A stretch of 64,000 nt of DNA. Source: an uncultured Chloroflexia bacterium (GTDB taxonomy: Bacteria; Chloroflexota; Limnocylindria; Limnocylindrales; CSP1-4). This document shows positions 9,770 through 19,387 of this stretch, piece after piece. The position numbers and the translations under genes are program-made. Under the pieces are notes generated by a model, which saw nothing but the letters and a program-made list of their open reading frames with translations, was not told the DNA's origin and searched no databases. The DNA lies in the NCBI GenBank assembly GCA_963752475.1, contig CAVVYR010000008.1, positions 480,001 through 544,000 on the forward strand, written 5' to 3'. Position 1 is the stretch's first letter. Every line of letters begins with the position of its first letter.

Positions 9770-10618
9770 ATGGGTTCATTCAGGAAGGGTGCTGTCGCCA
9801 TCGGTGCGGCGGCCGTCCTCGCCGTCTCCGCGGTCGCACCGATGGCCGCGCAGGACGCCGATCATCTCCAGCGGGTCATGGACAAGGGCATCGTCGTGAT
9901 GTCGACCGACCCGCTGTACCCGCCGCAGTCGTTCCTCGATGACGACGGTGAGATCGTCGGCTTCGACCTCGATGTCGGGCAGGCCATCGCTGACAAGCTG
10001 GGCGTGCAGTTCGTGCCCACGCCGACGCCGTGGGCCGTGGTGGCCTCCGGGCGCTGGGCCGATCGCATGGACTTCAGCGTCGGCTCCATGACCATCACGC
10101 CCGAACGCCAGGAGTCGATCGACTTCACCCGGCCGTATCGCTACGACACCGCCGGTGTGGCGCTGCGCGAAGGCGTCGAGGCCGACAGCCTCGAGGGCCT
10201 GACCGTCTGCGTCGGCGAGGCCACGACGTACTTCGACTGGCTCAACGGGACGCTCACGCTGGCCGAGGGCACCGGAGCCTTCGCCACCGATCCGCCCGCC
10301 AACGTCAACGTCGTGACTCGCGAGACCGACCGCAACTGCGCCGACGAGTGGGCCTCCGGCCGCGCCGACGCCGACGCCTGGGTGACGTCCGAGCAGACCA
10401 TCGCACAGGCGGTGGAAGAGGGCCTGCCCGTCGTGCCCATCGGCGAGGCCGTGTTCGGCGAGCCGCTGGCCGTCGCCTTCGACAACTCCGTCGAGGACAA
10501 CGACTCCCTCGTGGCGCGCGTCGACGAGATCGTCGGCGAGCTGCGCGACGAGGGCGTGCTGACCGAGCTATCGGAGAAGTGGTACGGGGTGGACCTGACC
10601 ACGCCTCCCACCGAGTGA
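9770..10618 (+). CDS. polar amino acid ABC transporter substrate-binding protein
   Basis: Signal peptide, DPLYPPQSF, GFDLDV, SMTITPER...DFT.PY, LSEKWYG; AGGAGGAG RBS. Confidence 0.9.
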   Translation: MGSFRKGAVAIGAAAVLAVSAVAPMAAQDADHLQRVMDKGIVVMSTDPLYPPQSFLDDDGEIVGFDLDVGQAIADKLGVQFVPTPTPWAVVASGRWADRMDFSVGSMTITPERQESIDFTRPYRYDTAGVALREGVEADSLEGLTVCVGEATTYFDWLNGTLTLAEGTGAFATDPPANVNVVTRETDRNCADEWASGRADADAWVTSEQTIAQAVEEGLPVVPIGEAVFGEPLAVAFDNSVEDNDSLVARVDEIVGELRDEGVLTELSEKWYGVDLTTPPTE

Positions 10619-10647
10619 CGCATCAGCATCGGCGCTAGCCGGCAATC

Positions 10648-10672
10648 GAGGGGGCGCCTTGAGCGCCCCCTC
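10648..10672 (+). terminator. intercistronic stem-loop after SBP gene
   Basis: GAGGGGGCGC-CTTGA-GCGCCCCCTC; no U-tract, so probably an mRNA-stabilising or attenuating hairpin. Confidence 0.55.
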
Positions 10673-10692
10673 TCGCCGTATCCGGGGGCTCC

Positions 10693-11607
10693 ATGACCGA
10701 GAACACGCAGCCGAAGCCGGAAGGCTCGAGCGGGCCAGATCCCCATGCCATCGTCGGCCGCATCACCCAGGCCGACCGACGCCGACAGGTGCGTTCGCGG
10801 ATCATCTTCGCCGCGACCTGGGCCGCCATCGTGGGCGGCCTCGTGGCGACCCTGGCGCTTGGGGGTGCCATCGACCTGGACTTCCTCAGCGAGGGTCCAC
10901 CGTGGTGGCGGTTCATCCTCGGTGAGGTGGAGGTCACGAGCGACGGCTTCGCCGGCATCGCCATCGGGCCGCTCCAGTTCGTCATCACCGGTGCCTTCGC
11001 CACGATCCTCATCTCGGTCGTGGCCATCACCATGGCCATCGGCTTCGCGCTCCTCGGGAGCATCGGCCGGTTGTCGAAGAACTCGGTCGTCTACGCCGTG
11101 GCCACGCTCTACGTCTCGCTCGTGCGAGGCACGCCGCTGCTGGTGCAGATCCTCTTCATCTGGCTGGCGCTGCCCCAGATCTGGCAGGGCTTCGGGCAGG
11201 TCGACGCGCTCATCCTGGGCACGTTCGCGGTGGCCTTCAACTACGGCGCCTATATGACCGAGATCTTCCGCGCCGGCATCCAGGCCGTTCCCAGCGGACA
11301 GCGTGAGGCGGCTGCGGCCCTGGGCCTGAGCGATCGTCGGATCTTCGGCCGGATCGTGCTGCCGCAGGCGTTCCGCATCGTCATCCCGGCCATCGGCAAC
11401 GAGTTCATCGCCATGATCAAGGACACCTCGCTGCTGGCCGTCATCGGCGTGCAGGAGCTGCTGTGGAAGGCACGTACGGTCGGCTCCCAGAACTTCAAGA
11501 TGCTCGAGACGCTCATCCTCGCGGCGCTCGTGTACTGGGTCCTGACCATCATCTTCAGCTACTTCCAGGAACGCATGGAGCAACGCATGGCACGAGGTGA
11601 CCGATGA
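10693..11607 (+). CDS. amino acid ABC transporter permease (HisM/GlnP type)
   Basis: RGTPLLVQ, AYMTEIFRAGI..V..GQREAA.ALG, KDTSL. Confidence 0.92.
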   Translation: MTENTQPKPEGSSGPDPHAIVGRITQADRRRQVRSRIIFAATWAAIVGGLVATLALGGAIDLDFLSEGPPWWRFILGEVEVTSDGFAGIAIGPLQFVITGAFATILISVVAITMAIGFALLGSIGRLSKNSVVYAVATLYVSLVRGTPLLVQILFIWLALPQIWQGFGQVDALILGTFAVAFNYGAYMTEIFRAGIQAVPSGQREAAAALGLSDRRIFGRIVLPQAFRIVIPAIGNEFIAMIKDTSLLAVIGVQELLWKARTVGSQNFKMLETLILAALVYWVLTIIFSYFQERMEQRMARGDR

Positions 11608-12479
11608 GCGTCCCGTTGGGCGGTGTCGTCCTCGAGGCGACCGCGATCGAGAAGTACTTCGACGACAACCATGTCATCCGCGGTATGAGCCTGGCTGTGC
11701 GCAAGCACGAGACGGTCATGCTCATCGGCCGCTCCGGCTCCGGCAAGACGACCTTCCTGCGCTGCCTGAATTTCCTCGAGGAGCCGACGGTCGGGTCCGT
11801 GTCGATGGGGGACCTGCGCGTCGAGGCTGACCCGCTGCAACGGGCCGGTCGCGAACGCAAGACCCACATCCGTCAATTGCGCCAGCAGACCGGCATGGTC
11901 TTCCAGGAGTTCAACCTGTTCCCGCACATGAGCGTGCTCGACAACTGTATCGAGGCGCCGGTGAACGTCAAAGGCGTGAGCAAGGACGAGGCCATCGCGA
12001 CGGCCGAGCGCTACCTCGACAAGGTCCAGATGATCGAGAAGCGCGACGAGTACCCAGCGCGCCTGTCAGGCGGACAGAAACAGCGTGTGGCCATCGCCCG
12101 TGCCCTGTGCATGGAGCCGGAGGTGCTGCTCTTCGACGAGCCCACCTCGGCCCTCGACCCCGAGCTCATCGGCGAGGTCATCGTGGTCATGGAGCAGCTC
12201 GCCCACGAAGGCTCCACGATGATCGTGGTCTCGCACGAGATGGCCTTCGCGCGGGAGGCTGCCGATCGGGTCGTCTACCTCGAGGGCGGCGTCATCGTGG
12301 AGGAGGGACCGCCCGAGCAGGTCCTTGACGATCCGCAAGAAGAGGCCACGCAGCAGTTCCTGCGCCGCTTCCTGAGCGAGGGTGCCAAGGCCCCCACCGC
12401 TCACGATCCGGAGCCGGCCTCACCCTTCGTCGACCCGATCACTCAGGCATCGCTGCATGGCGGTGGTGGTGCGGGCTGA
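11604..12479 (+). CDS. amino acid ABC transporter ATP-binding protein (GlnQ type)
   Basis: GRSGSGKT, VFQEFNLFPH, LSGGQKQRVAIARAL, FDEPTSALDPE, HEM.FA. Confidence 0.93.
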   Translation: MSVPLGGVVLEATAIEKYFDDNHVIRGMSLAVRKHETVMLIGRSGSGKTTFLRCLNFLEEPTVGSVSMGDLRVEADPLQRAGRERKTHIRQLRQQTGMVFQEFNLFPHMSVLDNCIEAPVNVKGVSKDEAIATAERYLDKVQMIEKRDEYPARLSGGQKQRVAIARALCMEPEVLLFDEPTSALDPELIGEVIVVMEQLAHEGSTMIVVSHEMAFAREAADRVVYLEGGVIVEEGPPEQVLDDPQEEATQQFLRRFLSEGAKAPTAHDPEPASPFVDPITQASLHGGGGAG

Positions 12480-12500
12480 CTCAGAGCAGCGCCGGAGCGG

Positions 12501-13214
12501 CTAGATCTCGCCCAGGTAGGAGCGGCGGACGTCCTCGTTGGAGGCCAGCGCCTGGGCCGAGTCAGCCATGATGATCTGGCCCGACTGCAGCACATAGCCG
12601 CGGCTGGCCACGGTCAGTGCCGTGGCCGCGTTCTGTTCCACCAGCAGGATGGCGGTGCCTTCCGAGTGGATGCGCTCGATGGTCTCGAAGATGTACTCGA
12701 CGAGGTTCGGCGCCAGTCCCATGGAGGGCTCGTCCAGCAGCAGGATGCGTGGCTTGGTCATGAGCGCGCGGCCCATGGCCAGCATCTGCTGCTCACCACC
12801 CGAGAGCGTGCCCGCCACCTGCGCGCGACGCTCTTCGAGGCGCGGGAACATCTCGTAGGCGTTCTGCACGCCCTCTTCGACGATGCTCTCGTCGTCGACC
12901 GTGAAGGCACCCATGCGCAGGTTCTCCTCGACCGTCAGTTGAGCGAAGATGCGTCGGCCCTCGGGCACCTGCACCACGCCCCGGGTGACGACCTCGTGGG
13001 GCGGTACATGCGTCAGGTCTTCACCATCGAAGACGACCCTGCCGGTCTTGGGCACGAGCAGGCTGCTGACGGTGTTGAGCGTCGTGGTCTTGCCGGCACC
13101 GTTGGCACCGATGAGGGTCACGATCTCGTTCTCGTCGACCTCCAGCGAGATGCCGCGCAGGGCGTGGATCTTGCCGTAGAAGGTATTCAGGTCGTGGATC
13201 TCGAGCAGGGCCAT
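12501..13214 (-). CDS. livF: branched-chain amino acid ABC transporter ATP-binding protein LivF
   Basis: GANGAGKTT, VPEGRRIF, LSGGEQQMLAMGRAL, DEPSMGLAP, VEQNA. Confidence 0.93.
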   Translation of the reverse strand: MALLEIHDLNTFYGKIHALRGISLEVDENEIVTLIGANGAGKTTTLNTVSSLLVPKTGRVVFDGEDLTHVPPHEVVTRGVVQVPEGRRIFAQLTVEENLRMGAFTVDDESIVEEGVQNAYEMFPRLEERRAQVAGTLSGGEQQMLAMGRALMTKPRILLLDEPSMGLAPNLVEYIFETIERIHSEGTAILLVEQNAATALTVASRGYVLQSGQIIMADSAQALASNEDVRRSYLGEI

Positions 13215-13216
13215 GG

Positions 13217-14101
13217 TCAGTCGTTCTCCGCCGGGGTGGATGCAGCCTCTGGCTTCTCGGCCACCGGCTCGGGTTCGGGTTCTGTCTCGCTGCTCGCCTG
13301 CGCGGCGCCAGCCGCCTCGGCTTCAGCCGCAGCTTCGGCGGCGGCCTTGCCCAGGTAGGCCTCGATGACCCGCTGGTCGCTCTGGATCTCGGCGGCCGTG
13401 CCCTCTGCGATGCGCTCACCGTAGTCGAGCACGGTGATGCGCTCGCTGATGTCCATGACCACGCGCATCTCATGCTCGATGAGCAGGATGGTGATGCCCA
13501 GCTCATCGCGCAGCTTGCGGATGAGGCCGGTCAGCTCGTGGGTCTCGGCGGGGTTCATGCCGGCGGTGGGCTCGTCCAGCAGCAGCACTCGCGGGCTGGT
13601 GCCCAGCGCACGTGCGATCTCCAACCGTCGCTGGTCGCCGTAGGGCATGTTGCTCGCGAGGATGTCTCCGGAGCCGGCCAGGCCGACGTAGGCCAACAGT
13701 CGCTCGGCCTCCTCGACCGCCTCGTTCTCTTCGGTGCGCTGACCCCTGGTGCGCAGGACCGCGTGGACCCAGTTGGACTGGAGGTGCTGATGCTGGCCCA
13801 CGAGCACGTTCTCGTTGGCGGTCATGCCACCGAAGAGGCGGATGTTCTGGTACGTCCGCGACAGCCCCAGCCGAGCGATCTTGTCGGGCCGCAGCTCATG
13901 GATCTCGGTCCCGTCGAGGGTGATGGCGCCCTCGTCGATCTGGTAGAAGCCGGCGATGCAGTTGAAGAACGTGGTCTTGCCCGCGCCGTTGGGGCCGATG
14001 ACGCTGACGATGGCGCCCTCTTCGAGGTCGAAGGTCAGGTCGTTGACGGCGACCAGGCCACCGAAGCGCTTGGTCGCGTTGTGCGTTTCGAGCAGGGCCA
14101 T
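13217..14101 (-). CDS. livG: branched-chain amino acid ABC transporter ATP-binding protein LivG
   Basis: FGGLVAV, GPNGAGKTT, RTYQNIRLF, YGDQRRLEIARAL, DEPTAGMN, VIEAYLG. Confidence 0.93.
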   Translation of the reverse strand: MALLETHNATKRFGGLVAVNDLTFDLEEGAIVSVIGPNGAGKTTFFNCIAGFYQIDEGAITLDGTEIHELRPDKIARLGLSRTYQNIRLFGGMTANENVLVGQHQHLQSNWVHAVLRTRGQRTEENEAVEEAERLLAYVGLAGSGDILASNMPYGDQRRLEIARALGTSPRVLLLDEPTAGMNPAETHELTGLIRKLRDELGITILLIEHEMRVVMDISERITVLDYGERIAEGTAAEIQSDQRVIEAYLGKAAAEAAAEAEAAGAAQASSETEPEPEPVAEKPEAASTPAEND

Positions 14102-14104
14102 GTC

Positions 14105-15966
14105 CTAGGCACCCCCCGTGCTGGCGGCAGGAGCCCCATCCGGTCCGTCACCGGATGCGGGTGGCGGCCCCTCACCTTCGAGAGCCGGTTCATCGTGGTG
14201 CATCTCCTGGCGTCCGACGCGCGACGGCAGCAGACCCTCCGGTCGCCAGTGCATGACCAGGATGAGCGCGATGCCGTAGAAGAGGAAGCGGTACTCGGCG
14301 AACTCGCGGAAGAGCTCGGGCAGGCCGATGATGACGATGGCCCCGAGGATGACACCGGGGATACTGCCCATTCCGCCGAGCGTGACGATGGTCACGATGA
14401 GGATGGACACGTTGAGGTTGATCGAGCTGGAGATGATCGAGCCGTAGAGGGCCGCGAAGATGGCCCCGCCGAGGCCGGCGAAGGCGGCGCCCAGCATGTA
14501 GGCCAGCGACTTGGTCTGGACCAGGTTGATGCCCAGGGCCTCCGCTACATCCTCGTCCTCGCGGATGGCCACCCACGCACGACCCAGGCGGGAATCGCGC
14601 AGGCGGATGGCGATGAACGAGATGATGACGATACATATCAATGAGATGTAGTAGATCTGGTTCGGTCCCGCTAACCAGTGGTCGGGCGGGATGTCGATGC
14701 CCAGCGAGGCCAGCGGCTTGGGCACGTTGAGGATGCCGCGGGGGCCGCCGATGAAGTCCTTGAGCAGGTCGGAGCGCGCGAGGATGGCGATGATCTCGCC
14801 GAAACCGAGGGTGGCGATGGCGAGGTAGTCGCCGCGGATGCCCAGGATGGGCAGGCCCAGCAGGATGCCGAAGCCCATGGCTACCAGCATGGCGAATGGG
14901 ATGGCGAAGAAGAAGTTCCATTCGGCGATGCCCAGCTCCCCGGTGCTGGTGAGCAGCGCGGTGGTGTAGGCGCCGACAGCGAAAAAGGCCACGAAGCCGA
15001 GGTCCAGGAGGCCGGCCAGGCCGAGCGTGATGTTGAGCCCCAGGCCCATCAGCGCGTAGAGGGCGATGAGCGCGATGACCGCGGGGATGAAGCCGGTGAA
15101 GCCCAGCGGCAGCAGCAGCACCACGATGAGCACGAGCGCGCCCAGCGGGATCGTCAGCATGGGCGAGCGTTGGCTCTCTCTGGGAAGCGCCTGCCAACGC
15201 TTGCGCGGCTGGAAGACCACCCAGATGCCGTACATCACGGCCACCGAGACGGCCACCAGGATGGCGCCCGGCATGCGCAAGCCGCTGGAGCTGAACAGGT
15301 CGCGGGCGACGCCGGAGCTGACGTCGTGCTGCAGCATGGGTGAGCGGATGACGCTGGCGAACATGCCCATGACGATGACCGCGCCGACCATGAACACCAG
15401 GAGGTTGCGCAGGTGGCGCGGCATCAGCGTCAGCAGACCGCCGATCACGCCCGTGGACATGGCCACCACGGCCGGGAACCAGAACGTGATCGGGAAGGCC
15501 TCGCCACGCCACATCTCACGGGTGTTCTCGAGCCCGAAGAACTCGGCCCCCGAGATGAGGTTGTAGAGGTCCGGGGAGGCGTTGGGGAAGTAGTCGCGCA
15601 GGTCCAGCGCTGGACCCACGATGAGCAAGATCGAAAGCGCAGAGCCGGCGATGAGGCCGGTCACGGCCGCGCCGATGATGGCGTTGAGTGGGCCCTTGGG
15701 CGCACGCATGGAGCCGGTGTAGCCGCCGAAGGCGAAGGTCACCAACAACAGGGTCTGACCGAGTGTGATGACATCCTCGATCATGTCGCGTTCCTGGAAC
15801 GTGTTGACGATGCCCACGAGCGTGAGGTAGAGGGACGCGAAGGCGAAGAGCAGGCCAGCGATGATGACCGGTCGCCAGGCGTGGCGATCGGTGTTCAGGC
15901 TCCAGTCCACGGGTTCGTTGGTGGTCACGGTCTTCTCGGGTGCGTCAGGCGTGGTCGTCCGGGCCG

Positions 15967-15970
<4 letters not shown>
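14105..15970 (-). CDS. livM: branched-chain amino acid ABC transporter permease LivM with extended N-terminal membrane domain
   Basis: GLNITLGLAGLLDLGFVAFFAVGAY, RGDYLAIATLGFGEI, SRLGRAW.AIREDE, GGMGSI.G. Confidence 0.9.
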
Positions 15971-17076
<1,106 letters not shown>

Positions 17077-17112
17077 GGGCGGCGGATCCGGTGCGAGTTA
17101 GAGGGTGGACAT

Positions 17113-17146
17113 GGACGAGCCGGGCGTTGATACGCCCGGCTCGTCC
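17113..17146 (-). terminator. intercistronic stem-loop after SBP gene
   Basis: 15-bp perfect stem GGACGAGCCGGGCGT/ACGCCCGGCTCGTCC. Confidence 0.6.
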
Positions 17147-17180
17147 TTTGTCAGCTGGTCAGTCAGTCCCTGGCGGGTGG

Positions 17181-18407
17181 CTAGGCCTCGGGGGCCCAGA
17201 CCACGGCCGGCGGCCAGACCTCATCTTCGATGGTGTCGGCGCCGACCTGGTAGACGGCGATGATCGGCGCGCTGCAGTCGCCGTCCTCGGTGCAGGTCAG
17301 GTTGCCGGTGACACCGGGGTAGTCCGCGGTAGCGTAGAGCGCCTCACGTAGGGCACCCAGATCGACGTCGAGCGAGCCGTCGTCGTTCTCGACCGCGACC
17401 TCGGCCACGGTGTCGAGGATGATGGCGGCGGCATCATGCGCATGCGCATGGAAGGCCTGCAACGGGGCGTCGAGGCCGCTGATGTCGAGGTAGGACTCGA
17501 CGAGATCGGCGTAGGTCTCCTGCATGGCGCCGAAGTTCGGGCTCGACAGGTACATGCCCTCGACGTTGGGGCCGGCGGCGTTGACGAAGTCCTGCGAGAA
17601 CAGGCCGTCGGAGCCGATGAGGACGACGTCCTCGAGACCGCCCACATCCGCGTACTGGTCGGCGATGAAGCCGCCCTCAGCGGTGAAGATCGGGAAGTAG
17701 ATGACCTCAGGCGCGGCAGCCGCGACGTTGGTCAGGACCGGGTTCATGTCGGTCTGGCCGGCAGAGACGGCCTCGGAGACGACGATCTCGCCGCCCAGCT
17801 CCGCGAACGCCTCCTCGAACACGCCCACCAGCGCCTCGGCGTAGGCCGAGCCGTCATGGATGGTGGCGGCCTTGGTCAGACCCAGCTCGCCCGACACGAA
17901 GTCGGCCACGAACTTGCCCTGGATGGCATCGGACCAGGCCGTGCGCAGGAAGCCTTCGTACTCGGCACCGCGATCGGGGAACGTCAGCGACGGGCGGGTA
18001 GCTGAGCCGGAGATGGCGGTCAGGCCGGCCTCGGTGATGGTCTGGATGCCGCCGACGGTGGCGTCGGAGCACGAGGAGCCGACGACGCCGATGACGGTCG
18101 GGTCGTTGGCCAGCGCGAGTGCGGCCTGAGCGCCACCCTCGACGGTGCAGAGCTCGTCCTGGATATTCAGCTCGATCTCGTGACCGAGGATCTCGCCGCC
18201 ACGGTCCTCGACCGCGACCTCGATGCCGTAGACCATGTCCTGGCCGAGCACGGCGTTGGGGCCGGAGAGCACCTGATACACGCCAAGCGTGATGGGCTCA
18301 CCTTCGGGGATATTGATGACCTTGGAATCCTGGGCCAGCGCGGGCGCGGCGACAGCGGTGGCCAACAGGCCGGTCGCCGCGGCGACGCCGAGGGTCTTTC
18401 GCATCAT
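17181..18407 (-). CDS. branched-chain amino acid ABC transporter substrate-binding protein (LivJ/K)
   Basis: Signal peptide, D.LC...G, VVGSSCS, SAT.P.LT, D..QG, HDGSAY; GGAGGAG RBS; heads the liv operon. Confidence 0.9.
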   Translation of the reverse strand: MMRKTLGVAAATGLLATAVAAPALAQDSKVINIPEGEPITLGVYQVLSGPNAVLGQDMVYGIEVAVEDRGGEILGHEIELNIQDELCTVEGGAQAALALANDPTVIGVVGSSCSDATVGGIQTITEAGLTAISGSATRPSLTFPDRGAEYEGFLRTAWSDAIQGKFVADFVSGELGLTKAATIHDGSAYAEALVGVFEEAFAELGGEIVVSEAVSAGQTDMNPVLTNVAAAAPEVIYFPIFTAEGGFIADQYADVGGLEDVVLIGSDGLFSQDFVNAAGPNVEGMYLSSPNFGAMQETYADLVESYLDISGLDAPLQAFHAHAHDAAAIILDTVAEVAVENDDGSLDVDLGALREALYATADYPGVTGNLTCTEDGDCSAPIIAVYQVGADTIEDEVWPPAVVWAPEA

Positions 18408-18622
18408 GGTTCCTGTGGTCTCCTCCTACGGATGTCGATGCGGCGCGTTCCGGCGCCAAAAACATGCGGCCTCGGTCGGGTGCCACGAGCCCGGCGACGA
18501 CGCGTAGAAAGCCCCATTCCAGGTGCCGCATGCACCGTTTCCTGGTCCCCCTTGAAAGAACGCCGCGCTTCTTACTGGGTCGCGCGCGCACGACGGCCTG
18601 AGACCGCTGAAGCGTGCGCCAC

Positions 18623-18661
18623 ATTCTAGACGCCTCTCCGGTGCCTGCAAGGTGACCTTGC
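18623..18661 (-). promoter_or_regulatory. sigma70-like promoter of liv operon with overlapping palindrome
   Basis: TTGCAG-N16-TAGAAT; palindrome GCAAGG-TGA-CCTTGC (18647-18661) overlaps the -35. Confidence 0.5.
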
Positions 18662-18766
18662 GGCTCCATCTCGGTTACGGCCTCGTGCAGCGCCGAGTGG
18701 GAACGCCTCCGCTGTTGCGTTCGGGCAACACCCGCACCCGGTGGCGGCGAATCGAAACGACCGGGG

Positions 18767-18816
18767 CGCAGGGCCCCGGTCGTGTCTCACTGAGGCCGGT
18801 CATGCCGGCCTCAGTG
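18767..18816 (-). terminator. tandem hairpins downstream of small lipoprotein gene
   Basis: CACTGAGGCCGG/CCGGCCTCAGTG and an adjacent ACGACCGGGGC/GCCCCGGTCGT stem followed by TTCGATT on minus strand. Confidence 0.55.
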
Positions 18817-18966
18817 TCACTCGGACTCTTCCTCGGTGGCGTCTTCTGCCGGCTCCTCGACGGCCGGCTCGTCTGCCGGGGCCTCGGTGGCGTCGTCGTC
18901 ACCGTCGCAGGCGGCGATGGCGAAGGCGAAGACCAGGGCAGCGAACAGGGCGGTGATCCTCTTCAT
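18817..18966 (-). CDS. small acidic lipoprotein (49 aa)
   Basis: MKRITALFAALVFAFAIAAC lipobox followed by D/E/A/P-rich tail; GAGGAGGG RBS; upstream TTGCAT-N16-TATGAT (19082-19109). Confidence 0.8.
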   Translation of the reverse strand: MKRITALFAALVFAFAIAACDGDDDATEAPADEPAVEEPAEDATEEESE

Positions 18967-19387
18967 TCGGGACTTCCCTCCTCGGACTGGTTGGGTGGTA
19001 GGCCGGCGACAGCGTCGTCGGTGGATCAGGTGCGGCACACCCACACGAAGGGACACGCTCACGGCAAGCGCTCCGTGAAGTATCATAAGCGTCGGCGTTT
19101 CGAATGCAAGACGCCTTGAGCGCCCCGGGCGTGTGCGGACAGCGACCCTCTGCGGTCCCTGGAACACCCGGTGCGGCGCGTTCGAGGATCGTTTGACGCC
19201 ACCGTCGTGATCAGACAGACCGTAGAAGCCCGCGGGGCCCGGTCGTCACCAGGAGCTCGACACATCAGCAACGACCGGACACACGACCTGCGATGCGCGC
19301 TGGGCTCTGCCCTTGGCGGCGACCGTCGCCTCGAGTGTCCCCTACGCTGAGTCGCCAGCTGCGGCTCGCACTACACAGGAGTCCTGC

